A stretch of 51,975 nt of DNA, the filler included, from Sphacelaria rigidula (lineage: Eukaryota): NCBI GenBank assembly GCA_964200075.2. It is 4 parts of 4 records of this genome, joined end to end, with 100 filler letters (N's around TTAATTAATTAA, not from the genome) between each part and the next. Parts side by side here need not be neighbours in the genome. Positions count along the whole stretch, not along the records: positions 13,021 to 25,939 come from CAXNAA020003305.1; 3 more parts are not named here. One strand, written 5' to 3'. Every line of letters starts with the position of its first letter. The first letter of the stretch is position 1. Positions 13,021 through 25,939 of the stretch are shown here, piece after piece. The position numbers were made by a program, and so were the translations under genes. The notes beneath the pieces are model-generated. The model made no database searches. It had not been told where the DNA came from and saw only the letters and a program-made list of their open reading frames with translations.

Positions 13021-14056
13021 GTTGTTGCTCACGCGTGCTGTGGGACGGAGGGGGGCCGGCGCAGTTCGTCGCCAGCGTTCCGGGGCATATTCAACTTCTC
13101 TCTTTTCTCAGGACAAGTCCGTGGTATCAAGGGATCAACCCATCTCTCCCACACGGCAACGTTTCTGTATCGCGGATTGGATTGGATCATGACCACAGCA
13201 CTCCCGCATCGCGCCGACATATCCTCAAATAACCGCAACATTTTGCTACCCATGTTCTCACGTTTTCAACGACGTGAATCAGATGTTTTTCAGCGAAGAA
13301 GGAAAAAAAAATGCAACCGCCGGGAATCGAACCCGCCATCTTCCGACAATTTTTGTTCGTTCCTTGATTGAAGGAGAAAACCTCATCCAACACAAGCCGC
13401 AGGCGGGTTCGTGTGCCGATTAGATTACCTGGAGGCTCGGCTACACAGCCTCGCGGCAGTCATGTGGGGTGAGCGCCTCGAGCGTTCGAGAAGCTTTGCT
13501 CAAGGGAAGTGTGGAGGTCGAACCCACTACAACCCTTCGTCAACTTGGCGCAGTGTACCAGCCGCCCTACTCTCATGAGCTTCGACCCACAAAGTGACTT
13601 ACAGTTGTTCCTCTGGGGCACCGGGGGGCGATGACTCACTTCATAAATTCGCACCACAATAATGTTTCACCTCTCTTGCCACCAGCTCGAACTGTCGATT
13701 GCCCCTTCTCTGATACGCGCGGGCCCTCCTGAGTCCCACAAGAGAGGCTCGAGTCCCGATTGGCAAGTTGGGATCCTGACCCCCCTCATCGTCGGCTAAA
13801 TCGTCATCATCTGCCAGCTGCATCTTCGACAGGAACTGTTGTATGTACATACGTGTAGGAGCAACAAACATTTCGTTCCGGGTTCACAAAAACTGATGGT
13901 ACCTATTTCCAAGACGTACGTTTCATATACAAGTAGAGACAGGACTTGAACATTATTCACGAACCGACAATTTTTTCTGGGGACCGGAGCCTTTTTTCTC
14001 GAGAATAATAATGGTGAACTAATGGTGAACAAAATTACGATAATAAGGCTGCTCAC

Positions 14057-14085
14057 ATAACAATAATAATAACAATAACAATAAT

Positions 14086-14123
<38 letters not shown>

Positions 14124-14139
14124 CGTTAATAATAATAAT
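14057..14139. repeat. (AAC/AAT)n microsatellite
   Basis: Directly visible. Confidence 0.9.
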
Positions 14140-14613
14140 GAGTAAGAATTAAAATATATGCATGAATATCGCGAATGCGTGGCCCTCATTACGAGGGGCC
14201 CTAACCCCTAAAATCTGGGCATTCGTTTCGCATATTCAAGAGGCAAGTTTTCGAGGACTCCCAAGTGTCAGCTAGTGGGTTGCTGGATGGCGTTTCCCGC
14301 AAACATTGCTTGATCTTCGGATGTTGTTGCCGCCGCGTTACCTAGTTCACACACGGTTTGGAGGGGCATTGATTTGCCCTCAATGGTCCACAGGACTCCA
14401 TCCGGCTTCCCATATACTCCAGGCAAAAGAAGCGTTTATGTAGAGGTCTCAAATCGAAATACTATCATCACCTCGGGTCGCTAGCGTTTCCAAGGAAAAA
14501 CACATGTCTCTGTCTCTACTGTAGCAACGCCATCGCTTCACCGATCGATGCTGAATGAAATCTCACACCTTGGCCATGCAAGACAGGGATAGTCATTATC
14601 CAGCAACGTACTA

Positions 14614-15804
14614 CGAGCTGGGCCAGCCTAAAAGCGGGTTTGTAGTTTGCAGGCGAATTCGCAATCTTTTACTTGGAGTTGGACCCTGAAATTTGGTATG
14701 GACAGTAAACATGGCATGAAAAAAATATTATGCCGGGTCCCAGAGATTTTGTTTTCGGTGATTTAAAGGCATGTTACTAAAATCTGAAAACCCTCAACTC
14801 GTGAGAAAAAAAAACTCTTGGGGACCCGGGATTACTTTTTTTTATACTCTATTGATTGTCCATATCAAATTTCACTCTCCAACGGCAAATAAAAAAATGT
14901 AACTTCGCCTTTCCAAAACCGGGCCGGTGAAATTCGGAACAGTATTTTGCAGGCCGTTTACCGGTCCACGTTTGGTGTTTGTGTATTAAAACTTTGTACG
15001 GGACCTCGCTGGGTCATGGTGAACCAAGAAAAATGGATCACGTTGGTTTCGATTTATTATACTGAGTAGTTATTTTGCTGGATTAGGGCGCTTTAGTGTG
15101 ATAACGACCATTTTTTCACGAGGATGCCCGAACCTCTCCTAAAAAAAAACTGAAGGCCCATTTATTTATTTTCACCGTACATCTGTCGTTCTCCATGCCA
15201 AGTTTCAAATCACAATTCTAAAAACTCAACAAAAAAGTCGAGATAAGGCCCGAGAGCAATATTCATTTCTACTCAAAACTCCACCAAAAACACGAAAAAA
15301 ATGAAAAAAAAAAAAGTGAAAAGCTGTTTTTTCCATATTTCACTAGTGGTTTTAGATACCAAATTTCATAGCACAACTCTCACAAACTGAGACTCGATAT
15401 CCAGATTTTGGGCATCTAGTGCCTCTGCTCGTCATATATTGATTTTAGTATAGAACCTTATGTGCGCCATATCTCGAGATAGATTACGAATTAGGTGAAG
15501 GTGAGAGAATCTATCGTCTCCCCGTGCTCCAGGGAAGGTCCACACCAAAAATCGTCATCATCCGCTGAATGCATCGTTCGGGGTTTCATACAGATTTCAG
15601 TGTGGACGCTATCTCCGTACGGTATAGGAATCACTAGACATGGGGTTTAATCAACGATAAAAAATTGGTCCAGATTTTTTAGCAGATGGGCACCTTCCCC
15701 TTGATTCGACTATGAATACGATGTGCGGATCACGGCCCCAAGTCGTCCGTGTCGTTGAGATATTGCTTTGAAAGCTTAAATCCGTTTTAGGCTGGCCCAG
15801 CTCG
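14614..15804. mobile_element. Non-autonomous Tc1/mariner-like DNA transposon (~1.2 kb)
   Basis: TIRs CGAGCTGGGCCAGCCTAAAAGCGG / CCGTTTTAGGCTGGCCCAGCTCG. TA on the left flank (TG on the right). Internal inverted repeat ~14680-14885. A second copy starts at 49964. Confidence 0.8.
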
Positions 15805-16044
15805 TGTGAATAATAAAGAACGGGAACCTACCAACTGCAGGCCAGTACGCCCCCATCGATTCCAGGAAAATCTTGTCGTGGACGAGCCCTAGGGGGGGAG
15901 GGGCTACCCACTTTTAGAGTGGGTACCCCCCAGATACCATAGATAGTGGCGATAGTAACTACTGTCTGTAACAGGAGCCCATACCGACTGCAGGCCATCA
16001 CCTCGTTGTAACGGAAAGCTGAAGTTATTATGGGGAAGGCGTGA

Positions 16045-16200
16045 CGGGGGTGCACTCATGATCTTGCATGCCGTAGTCACAAGAACATTGACCTTGCATC
16101 CCTACAAAGCCGGGACGGAGCACGCCGGTTTTTCGTCGGACCGGGCTCGCATTCAATCACCAAGCGCGAAGCGCCGTTATGTGTTCGGCGAGTCGCAAAA
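16045..16200 (-). mobile_element. Degenerate non-LTR retrotransposon 3' fragment (related copy at ~23970-24130)
   Basis: Shares GCCGGGACGGAGCACGCCGG and GCAAGATCATGAGTGCAC with 23975-24070. Resembles the 3' terminus of the LINE at 20985-21570. Confidence 0.5.
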
Positions 16201-19175
16201 AGGCTGACCTGCACCCTGCCAAGATTGTTCGGACCAAAGCGTACTGATTATATTGGATATTGATGATAGCCTCCAATGAATTGCTTCATTTTCTGGTATC
16301 GCTACTTCCAGAGGCAGCCACGGGTTTCACACTGCCTCATGGGTGTCTTCACCACTTGAACACTAAGTACAATGGTCACGACCATCCCCTTTGCGCGGAG
16401 ATGAGGTTCTCCACCCTGTACAATGGAATCGATCTCGACCACCATCATGGTTGCCGCAAAAACCGCAAGGGGGGGCGGGGGGGGGGGGGTTCACCCGTTT
16501 CCGGGTAGAGTACACTCGAGATATCATAGATAATGGTGATAGTAAGTACTGTACCAATAATGTCTCATCTTTGTCGAGACCCTCCTAGGCGGGAGGGGGG
16601 TTACTGGACTGCAGCTGTCTACCATGCGACCACGGCTGCACCCATGGGTGGTCAGTTAAAGGGCGACAATCAATCTTGAGTGCAATTCTATACTAATTTC
16701 TGAACCCTCTGACGTCTGTCGCCATCAGTTGAATCCGACATCAAGGTATACCCATCGAAGTCACTGACAACGACTTCTTTGTACATATGCGAGCTGCCTG
16801 GAGGAGTATGAGCCATTGTGGTTCATCTGCTGAATAGACATCATTTGTATATATATATATATATATATTCAAACTGTAACAGACACGCATGACCAGGGTC
16901 TGATGGACTAAGTAGTAACCATTTTCGCTTGGGAAAAAAACGGGGAAAACTACGTGACCGACCCTGGCGGTAAAAAGGGGCTTCAGATCCATCACTACAG
17001 TGCACGATCAAAAAAGGTTTCCAAGCTATTACCCACTTCCATTAAATGGGGAAAATACCTGTATACGAACGAGCGTTTTTGCTTCGTTTAAAAAAAATTG
17101 CCGAAAAAAACAGTAAAACATTTAATTCAAATTTGATATTCAGTCTGTGTCCTGCCACCAGCCCGGCATCATCTTCAACCAGCAACTGGCTCATACAGTA
17201 AATTTCAACAAAAACGCACCACTTACGCCGTTGGCAACAGAACAAACTACGCTATCGATTTCCGAATTTGGCATATCGTTTTTGGAGGGTACTAAAAAAA
17301 AAAAAGTTAATTCTTTGAACATACAAACAAAGTCTCCGCCTTTTGAACCGGCAACATTTTCACTTGGGAACGTAACTGTCAGCTCTCGTTGTCTCATCTA
17401 CAGGGGCTCAGAGGGCTTTCAACAGAGCATGTCAGTTCACTTCTTAATCCATCCATCCAGTCTTGTGTCCGTCACCCCCCATCCCATACCGGAACATCAC
17501 ATTCATGGACCGTATTATCGGTGTCACAAAACAAAACAAAACGAATCAAATCGAGAAACGACACGACACGACACGACACGACACAATACAATACATAACA
17601 ACAAAACACACACGAACAAAACGAAAACAAGAGCAAAAACACTTTTGAAAAAAAAGGGAAGGACAGGGGGGGGGGGGGCAGTGCTGAGAAAATCAATACT
17701 GCACCAAAAAAATGGGAGAAAAAATCAAAAGAGACCAGAAAGGAAACATAACCGAATCAGTCACCTCCTGCTCCGCCAGCCTTCCCGCCTGTATCGATCG
17801 GTGCGCGGCCGACTTTGTCTCAGCACTATCGCCCTCATCCTCATCCATTTCCTGCAGCCCGGCCAGAGCGCTCTGCATTTTTTCGGCAAACATGGACCCA
17901 TTGGAACCCCCCATATTCCCCCTTCTCTCCCTCCTCCTCTCCCTTTTCCTCATTTTGGGATCGTTTGTGGGGCCGGCGCCGGCGCCCGCGCCATTAGCCC
18001 CGGTGTTGTTGCCGTTTGCACTTGAGACGCTACCGGTCGACTGCTGTCGCTGGTTTCAATAAACAAATGGGTGAAGTAAAAAGAGTATCGAGTGAAGTAC
18101 GGATGGATGAATGAATCATGAAAAATGATGCACGGTTGAATGATTGTCGCTGGTTGCAAAATAAAAAAGAAGTGAAGAAAAAAGACGAGTATTATGATAA
18201 ATCAATGGATAAATGAACTAATGGATGAATGAGTAATGCACAATGATGCATGGTTGATTGAGTGTCGCTGGTTGCAAAAATAGAATTTCAAGAACGCAAA
18301 AAACGCAAAATATGATTTTGGATCAAAAGAACAAAGGTGAATCAAATGGACAACGGAAAATGACCGTGCAAACAAATATGATGGAGAAATATTCACCAAC
18401 ACCGTGTTGTACGAGGATCGGGTTCCCAGAAGAGAATACGAGGGGATCATATATATAAGAAACGGGTAAGGGAACGGAAGGGAGTGGAAGTAAAATAAAA
18501 CAGGCTTACCCATGAGGTGTACCAGTAACACCGTATTGTGAACTCGTTTTCCTGTTTGTGATTCGCTCAACACAGGGTGAAATGCTGTTTTCAGTACACG
18601 CCATATCTACTCCCGTTTTCTTCAATGTGTTAGGTCATCTTCCATGAGCCGTGCCGATTGAAAACTTGTCTTGCTAAACAAGAAACACGCACAACGGATG
18701 ACAGTTCTTGTGCGTTATAAACGGCAGACACCGATTCCTTCCATGAGCATAAAAAAATACAAACTAAACCGCGCCCACTGTACGGTACAGCACGCACACA
18801 CACGTACACATACGCACGCACCAACAAAAACAAAAACAAAAACCAGAGCAGGCAGACTCGTAACGTTTTGAAAAAAACACCGTGGTGTATACTGATCGTT
18901 GATGTAGCCAAACGTTTACGCGAAAATCATACCTCCCTCCCTCCCTCCCTCCCTCCCTCCCTCCCTCTCTTTCCACTTTTCCTCCACCTTGTCGGACGAA
19001 CCCACCTCATAAGCCGGAGCTGAGCGGCCGGCCGCAGCGGGAGGGGCTTCGGCCTCCTTCACTTTTTTTACATGCATTTCAGCCATGGGAAAAAACCCAG
19101 CTTGCACCAAACTGGCTGCGTTGAGGGGGGTCGGAGAGGATGACGAGTCGTGGGGGAAGGGGGAGAGGGGGGGAA

Positions 19176-19235
19176 GCCGTACTCATTCGTTGCTTGCCTG
19201 AGTCGTTTGACCCTCGGCCACGCATCACTTTCGAC
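19176..19235 (-). mobile_element. LINE 3'-terminal stub
   Basis: GTACTCATTCGTTGCTTGCCTGAGTCGTTTGACC matches 21023-21070. Confidence 0.65.
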
Positions 19236-19410
19236 ATGGAGGAGGGGGGAAAGAATGTGGACCTTCGACACAAGAAACACACACCTGACGTGGTCATCAT
19301 TATGGATAGAGTAGGTCCACGGTGAATATCAATGAAGAGGGATAGAGAGAGAGGGAGAGGGAGAGACGCCGTCCACACCTGGAATTTCGGAATAGTTTCT
19401 TGGACGCACA

Positions 19411-19792
19411 TAGCCGGTTGCCCCGGTGGCTCAGTGGGTAAAATCTCGAAACCTTGTGAAGGTTGGGTCGTAGGTTCCAATCTCCGTGCAGTCACACGAT
19501 CCGGGATTTTTTCTCACACCATGCCCAACAGTGGAGAGCGACTATGTTGTGGGTACACAAAATTCGACTTCACCGTCGACGAGGGAACGGGACCGCTGAA
19601 CTCTTCTCGCGATAAAAAATAAGTCAAGCACGGCAGAAGGAAGGTGACGTAAAACAAAATAATAACAAAAAAATCTGTGTTGACCTTCTTCATGTGTGAC
19701 CCCCGGCTGATGCTCCCACATCTACCGAAAGGTGTTGACTGGTGTCCAGAATAGATGGGATGACAACACAAGCACAACGTACACAACACACA
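19411..19792 (+). mobile_element. Near full-length tRNA-derived SINE
   Basis: Pol III A-box-like GGTGGCTCAGTGGGTA (19426-19440) and B-box-like GGTTCCAATCTCC. Body shared with 28340-28537 + 29913-30060 and 2565-2790. CA-rich tail. Confidence 0.75.
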
Positions 19793-20984
19793 TGGGAATT
19801 GGGTCATGCGCACACGTGCGAAACATTCTCCGATTTGTTTTCCACATAAAATTCCACGTGGGGTTACTCGACAATCAAACAGAGGTATCTGCTTGAAAGA
19901 AAACCGGAAGAAAAATATGCGACTACGTCGTCCTGCCCCGATATTCCAGACCACAATTAAGGGCAACTTTCAAGAACCATCCATGGAAGCATCATCAACG
20001 AAGGCAAGTCAAGTACAAGGAAGAGCGCTTGTCGATCTGTTTCGTCGAGGAGCACTCAGAAGATACCACCGTTTGATCGCAGAACAACCAGTCCATTTTG
20101 GGTCCACGTCATGTCTGTGACATCTTTCGTGTATTGATCATTGTTGGATACGGTCGCTCGCATTGTCGAGAACCCCAAACTCTTGAAAGTCAAACGGTTC
20201 AACTCTTCGAGTGCCAAACCTCGTTTCGGAACAATACCAACGGTCGCCCCCTACACGCCGGTACCCTTGACCTTAGAGGTGGCCGGGTCCTCTCTGTTTT
20301 GCGAGCACCGCCCCGCAGTAAAATAACCTTGTGTATTCCGTATTTTCCGTCCCGTGGCTCGCGCATAGTGTCTTAGCCACAGCCAAAGCAATCCACATTT
20401 TTCAGCTGGTCCACCTCTTCCCCTATCCGTGGCGTCTCGCCCCCGAGATCAAATAGATCTACTGCCCAAGAGTACTGTTCAGAGAGATTATCTACAGAGC
20501 CTGTGCACTGCGGAAGGACTGAACAATATAAGATGAGAAGATCCGAAAATAGGCGAGAAAAAAAAAAAGACGAGCCGACACACAATCGACGCAGAATTCG
20601 ATGGAGAGACAAACACATACATGAGCAGTCGCTCATAGACTCGTTGAAGCAGGCAACTACTGCAAGCACGTCCGTTCTACCCTATTACCAGCTCTTACCG
20701 CCAGCAGTGGGTTTGTAGTGACCCCCGGCCAGCCAGTGACAGAACTCCGGAAATCCACTTGGTAACTTGGGCACACTGAGGACGTGAGGAACCGACCGGT
20801 TTCCTTTGATCTTCTCGACAGGTACAAACACACACACATACACACACAAAATAAAAGCGGCAAAACAGCAGAGGACGTAAGTGGCACGCGGAGCACTCGA
20901 GCGGGTGAGAGGGAGGAGAGCCATGCACGTAGGCGAGGAAAGCAAGAAGACGATATATGCTTCGCCAGCATCACTGACGGGGGA

Positions 20985-21570
20985 ATGGGGGTGTACTCAT
21001 GATCTTGCGTGGACAAAGAGGCGTACTCATTTGTTGCTCGCCTTAGTCGTTTGACCATTGACCACGCATTCCTTTCGAGACAGAGCACCGTTCCTACTCC
21101 TGATAGAGACACCTCCATCATTTAGGTCCTCATGACGTTTCTTCCATACAATACAAGAAAAACTCTTACATATCTTATCCCTATCCTGTCTCGCCGTCTG
21201 TGGCCACCATTCATCTATTAATATAGCCATCGTTTTTTCGGTACTGCCTGATGTATCAAACGATTTCAAGCCACCTTCGTTCACGCCCCGCATTTCCCCC
21301 CCTGGAACGCCCCGTTCCTCCTTGTGTAGTTCACATTCTGTCACTTCATGAGTTCTGCTCTCTATTGCTTTGCCACAGGGGCAATTCTGTGGATCTACTT
21401 CCTCCTTCTCTCGACTACTGGTGAATCTCTTCCTTCTCTTTGGCAGGTCCAGGTCCCCCACCCGAAATCGCACTTTCAAAATTTTCGCCGCGTCCACTGG
21501 GCTATGCAAATATGGTATGTTTGTTACTCGTCACGCTGCTCACAGCCACGAGAATAAAAACAGACAGCTG
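20985..21570 (-). mobile_element. 5'-truncated LINE (non-LTR retrotransposon) ORF2 C-terminal fragment
   Basis: ORF 21027-21509 reads LKVRFRVGDLDLPKRRKR...CPCGKAIESRTHEVTEC (CCHC-type zinc knuckle of LINE ORF2)...CIVWKKRH. Shorter copies with the same 3' end occur at 19176, 36496 and 37710. Confidence 0.8.
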
Positions 21571-22398
21571 TATTCTTGTCCATGCTCAATGGATGATATT
21601 TTCAACATCATGTCGACCAATACGCATGTTCAATATTTACATCGACGGCAGTAAAACGTTTCGAAAAATATGGTTCATCACCACCGCCATTCACCATCGA
21701 CCATGTGCCTCTTCAAACAGCATTTACCCATAGCTCTTGAGGCGAGACTATTTGTTGGCGAAAGGCCAGCCTTCAAACAGTCCTGCCAATTTTTCGAGGA
21801 TGAAGATAGTATAGAGTTGAATGGTCGCCAGTAGGCCGAGTGAGCGGTACAATACGTCCAATATCTATCTCCTAGTATAGCCATCGTTTTCTCCCTATTG
21901 TCTAATGCATCGGGAGCGGGGGGGTCGATTTGTCCCCACATACCACGGCTGAAGCGGCGGCTGGGGTGAAACTTTCGACAAATAAAAAGCCCAAACGCGA
22001 AATCGGAAAGCTACTCGACCACACCCGTAGGCGCTGACGTGCAGCACGCAAACACCTCCACCACACACGTCACGCCACTCAGCTGTCGGGGTGACAACTT
22101 GATATATGCATGACCACACATATGCACCACTGTTGAGAAAAAATCGCATCAGGAGACGGTAACGTGCTGCTGATTGTGACTTAACCACGAACTGTGATTA
22201 GTGGCAAGGGGGTCAAAATGGCCTCTTCTACGCAAGTGTTGTCTTTCACCATAAATGAACATATCCAAACACCCCCTCGCCGCCATAAGTCCAGCCAACT
22301 GGCGGCCAACTGACGACGGGGCGCTGAAAGGGTTCTTACAGCTTTTCCCGGTAATTTCGACGACCTTATTACACTCGCCCTTCCCTTCACTCCTGTGT

Positions 22399-25351
22399 TT
22401 AGTCATCCTCCGCGGGGGGCTCAGATTCTAGGATATATACATCTCCCACCCTATTCTGGGTAACAACAACAACAACAACAACAATAAGTGCTGAAAATCG
22501 CAATAAAACAAGCGAATGAACGCACAAACGAATGAAAATCATGGAGACAAGCACACAGCTCACCTCCCTTTCCCGCGGAAACATACCTGGTCTGCGTACC
22601 AACCTACAAACTGAGCGGGAAGAGATCCTGCTTTCTCAAATGCCTCCCATTGTTTCAGCGCCACCAGACCCAGGCGATCGACCGAATCAAGATTCTTGCG
22701 ATACTTGACAAACTGTGTCCAGAGAGGGGATTCGCGATCTTTGCCAGCGGCATTTGCCCCCTTTCCAGAAGGTTTCGCCGCGGCCTGTAATGGAGGCGTT
22801 ACGGCAACAACAGAGTGAGCAGGGGGACAGGGGACAGGACCACAGGAGAGTGCTGCCGGGAGGGTGCTTCTTGTTACTTACGATGAGAAATAAGGGTACA
22901 ACAGGGGTCTCTGGATAGTGCGGTCCCCATGAAGTGCGGTACTCCACCATAGCGCGGAAAATATCACTTTGTCATAAGTCCGATCCACCCTACTTTTTTC
23001 CAGTATTTGTACCAGAAAAGTGTGCTTCGGGGTACCACATATTGTGGTCATGCGGAGCTGGCCGCCGAACGCACTATAGAGGGACCTCCAGTGTACCGAA
23101 ACTCAGGAGAGTAATGACCACGCAACGGCTGTGTAACGAGGCAAAATGCTTCCAACAACACAGCAAGCGAGATTATTTCTCTCCTTGCCATGCAATAACG
23201 AAGGCTGTGTATTGCACAAATAAAAGTACTCTTCAACGACAGAACTTTAAAACGGCCTAGAGAAACCGGTCCTGACACAGTAGCACAGAACAGCATAGCA
23301 CAGCAAGCCGCCTTTCGTGACCTTCTATAAAGAGATGTTGCGTGAAACTGTTCCAGGGTTGAATAAACGCATAAATCGGTCGGAAACCAGCGTAACAACT
23401 GCTAGTGCAGAAAAATCTGGGCTCATGTTTTCATGCTGAGGTCGCTGCTTTTATCAGACAATTATACAGATATAGAAAAGTGCTTTTTTGGAGCGTCTAC
23501 GTCGTTTTACGCCCTAAAAGAGAGCTAGGCAGAGTTTGGCACCTTGGAACGACTTGCTCTACTAGTCGGTTCCCGGACATCTCACCGTTCTCCGGTGGCC
23601 GCAGTGTTTACTTTGGCCAAACAAGAATTTTGTCCAAGGACGTGTCAAGTTCAGTGAGAAATAGCGATTTTTCCTAGATTCGACCGTTTTTGACCGTTCT
23701 CGGACAAAAATTCAAGTTTAGCCAAAATAAAAAGTGCGACCACCGTAGAATGGGAAGGTGTCCTGGAACCGCCTCAACTATAATAGTAGAGCAAGTCACT
23801 TCAAGGTGTCAAACTCCGCCTAGCTATCTTTTTGGGCGTAAAACGACGTGAAAGCTCCAACAAGACACTTTTTCAGAACATATATTTTAATAAACAGCGG
23901 CCTGATGAGTACGCATGGAATGCTCGTAGCCCCAACACAATTGTTGACAAAAAAACGCGCCCGGAGGGAGGGAGAGGATGTACTCATGATTTTGCATGCT
24001 GTAGTCCCAAGACCATTGGCCTCGTATCCTTTCAAAGCCGGCACGGAGCACGCCGGGTTTTCACCGGACCAGGGGGGGAGGGGGCCGGGGCCGGGGAGTT
24101 TTTGCGTGCAACTTGTGCACTCGCCCTCCTTTATTAAGCCCTAGTCCCACAAGGTCTTTCAAGTAGGTATAAATATGTACTGATGTACTGGTGGCACATG
24201 CACTTGCATTCGAGGCTGAGGTGAGCATAGGCCCCTTGTGGGCATTCTAGTTTTTCCCAGGTGGTAAGGGCAAGGTATATCTACTACATTAAATACGCAC
24301 TGCCGAGAATACAGGGTACTTCAGGGTACCTGAAATTATTAATATACATATCCGCATTCGTACCCTACCCAACGTTGATCATCTCCTCGAATCATTGTAC
24401 CTAAAGAATGACAATACTAAGGATCATTTGTATCGAACGTGTGCCCCCCTCCCCACACACACACAAACAAAACGCCTCCAAATAACGTCCCCTTACCATT
24501 CTACTCTTGCCATCTCCCGCTGTGGAAGCAGCGGCCTTAGGCTTGGTGGAGCTTCTGGCTCTTGTTGTTTTTGTAGCACCCTTGGGAGGTCCTGTCTCTG
24601 CCTCTGATCCGCTGCTAGATACGAGGGGCGGCGGCGGACCGTCGGAATCATCTTCCGAATCGTCTTCGGATTCGCCTTCGGGGTCTATTTCTGCTGAATC
24701 TGACTCTGTTTTTTTTCGTATCGTTTTTGGAGGATGGGGCAAGGGGCAGGGGAACGGAAGCAGTTGACCGTTCGACCCGTTGGATGCGGTGTATTTCAAG
24801 ACACACAGAACACAAGAGATATTGATGGACCTTAATAAAAAAATGAACCCCCCAAACTTATTTTTCAAGAAGAGACTGCATATTAGCAAGCATACTCGTT
24901 GAGGCATGCTGTGACTTTTTTTGTCAGAGAAAAAAACGCATATCGTGATGCAGGAATTAGTTCGCGTTTGTACGCACCTTTCAGCCATGGACATGGCATG
25001 AGTCACTACTGATCTCCGTGTGTCAACGGAACAACAGCAACGGATCGCACATGCCGGAATACAAACATGATGGAGAGGCAAACGGCGATGATCTTCCCCA
25101 CGCGCGCCCACGCCCACCTCCGCCTCCCCCGTCCCACCCCGTTTGACAGATAAATCCAACAAAAACTACAAGAGAGACATCGTGTAAGTGAAGAAAAATC
25201 CCAGAGAAACGTGGGGAAAATGGAAAAATACCGAATAAACAAGAGGCTTACGACAACCACAATGACGAAATTCTACAGCTTGCATATAATATGTGCGCTT
25301 ACCATCACCCAGCGGTGGCGGGCCTTCATCACGGGCAGCTCGCTTGCTCAT
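22399..25351 (-). CDS. Hypothetical ~170-aa protein (4 exons); acidic N-terminus, possibly the truncated 5' part of a longer gene
   Basis: Exons 25303-25351, 24497-24705, 22587-22784 and 22399-22455 have canonical GT-AG sites and matching phases. They give MSKRAARDEGPPPLGDESDSAEIDPEGESEDDS...RESPLWTQFVKYRKNLDSVDRLGLVALKQWEAFEKAGSLPAQFVGWYADQNRVGDVYILESEPPAEDD*. No family recognised. Confidence 0.6.
23438..23905. mobile_element. MITE with long (~100-130 bp) TIRs
   Basis: 23478-23563 is an imperfect reverse complement of 23784-23872 (CGTCGTTTTACGCCC...AGCTAGGC.GAGTTTG.CACCTTG.A..GACTTGCTCTACTA). A right-end copy occurs at 39058-39130. Confidence 0.75.
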
Positions 25352-25939
25352 CTTCCTTCGTCTCCTCGTAAAGCTTCTTCACCCCGGCGACTCAGGGTTC
25401 TGACTGTCGAAACCCATTCGTCATGGTGACCCGAAAAAGACAGTTCACCACGAGGGAGGGAAGAGGAGTGGGATTCGGGTACACATATGCGCTCGACTCT
25501 CCTACACAAGATGACGACCGATGGGGGGGATTGAGTTGTTGGGAGGCGTTGATACTACATACATTATGGATTCGCTGGGGTCGCATCAGCTGGATTGGAC
25601 GACAGTTATTGCCACAAGGATAGGATCGTGGTAAGCACAGCAGGAAGATTTGATTTTCGTCGATGAAAATTGAGCACGTGAGTAGCGTAGAAATTTTGGC
25701 GGAGGCCGAGGGGGTGAGGGGGTGAGGGGGTGCCCGATTCCATCCGCGATACCAAGATGTCAGGCATGAGCCGGTGGAGAGACGAGTTGATTCCATGGGC
25801 CTACGGACTCGTCCGGAGGAAGGGGAGAGATTAAAAGCATGATGGGGGGGGGGGGGGAAGCAAAGACCCTGGGCGCATTTTTGGGGTGGGTGGTTAAAAA
25901 ACCGGGGGTAACAAGACTCCAACCCCCCGTCTTCAGAGG

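Larger units (their letters stand above)
13430..21782 (-). pseudogene. Disrupted multi-exon gene of unknown function (Cys-rich / possible ZZ-like zinc finger remnants)
   Basis: Exon-like GT-AG blocks with matching phases: 21728-21782, 20699-20803, 20500 onward (in-frame TAA at 20373-20375 after NVDCFGCG), 19006-19115, 17765-18049 (95 open codons), 17325-17397, and 13835 onward (FLSKMQLADDDDLADDEGGQDPNLPIGTRASLVGL). A frameshifted CKSLCG..VHCAKLTKGCSGFDLH segment follows. Stops and frameshifts prevent an intact model. Confidence 0.45.

Noticed and set aside
14195..14215. CCCTAACCCCTAA as a telomeric repeat
   Set aside because: Only two imperfect units, internal to a small inverted repeat.
17147..18025. 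292-aa plus-strand ORF
   Set aside because: Runs through simple repeats and is antisense to minus-strand exon-like blocks; non-ATG start and no domain.
19411..19495. Intact tRNA gene (also 28340-28420)
   Set aside because: Only A/B boxes without a proper cloverleaf, continuing into a repeated SINE body.
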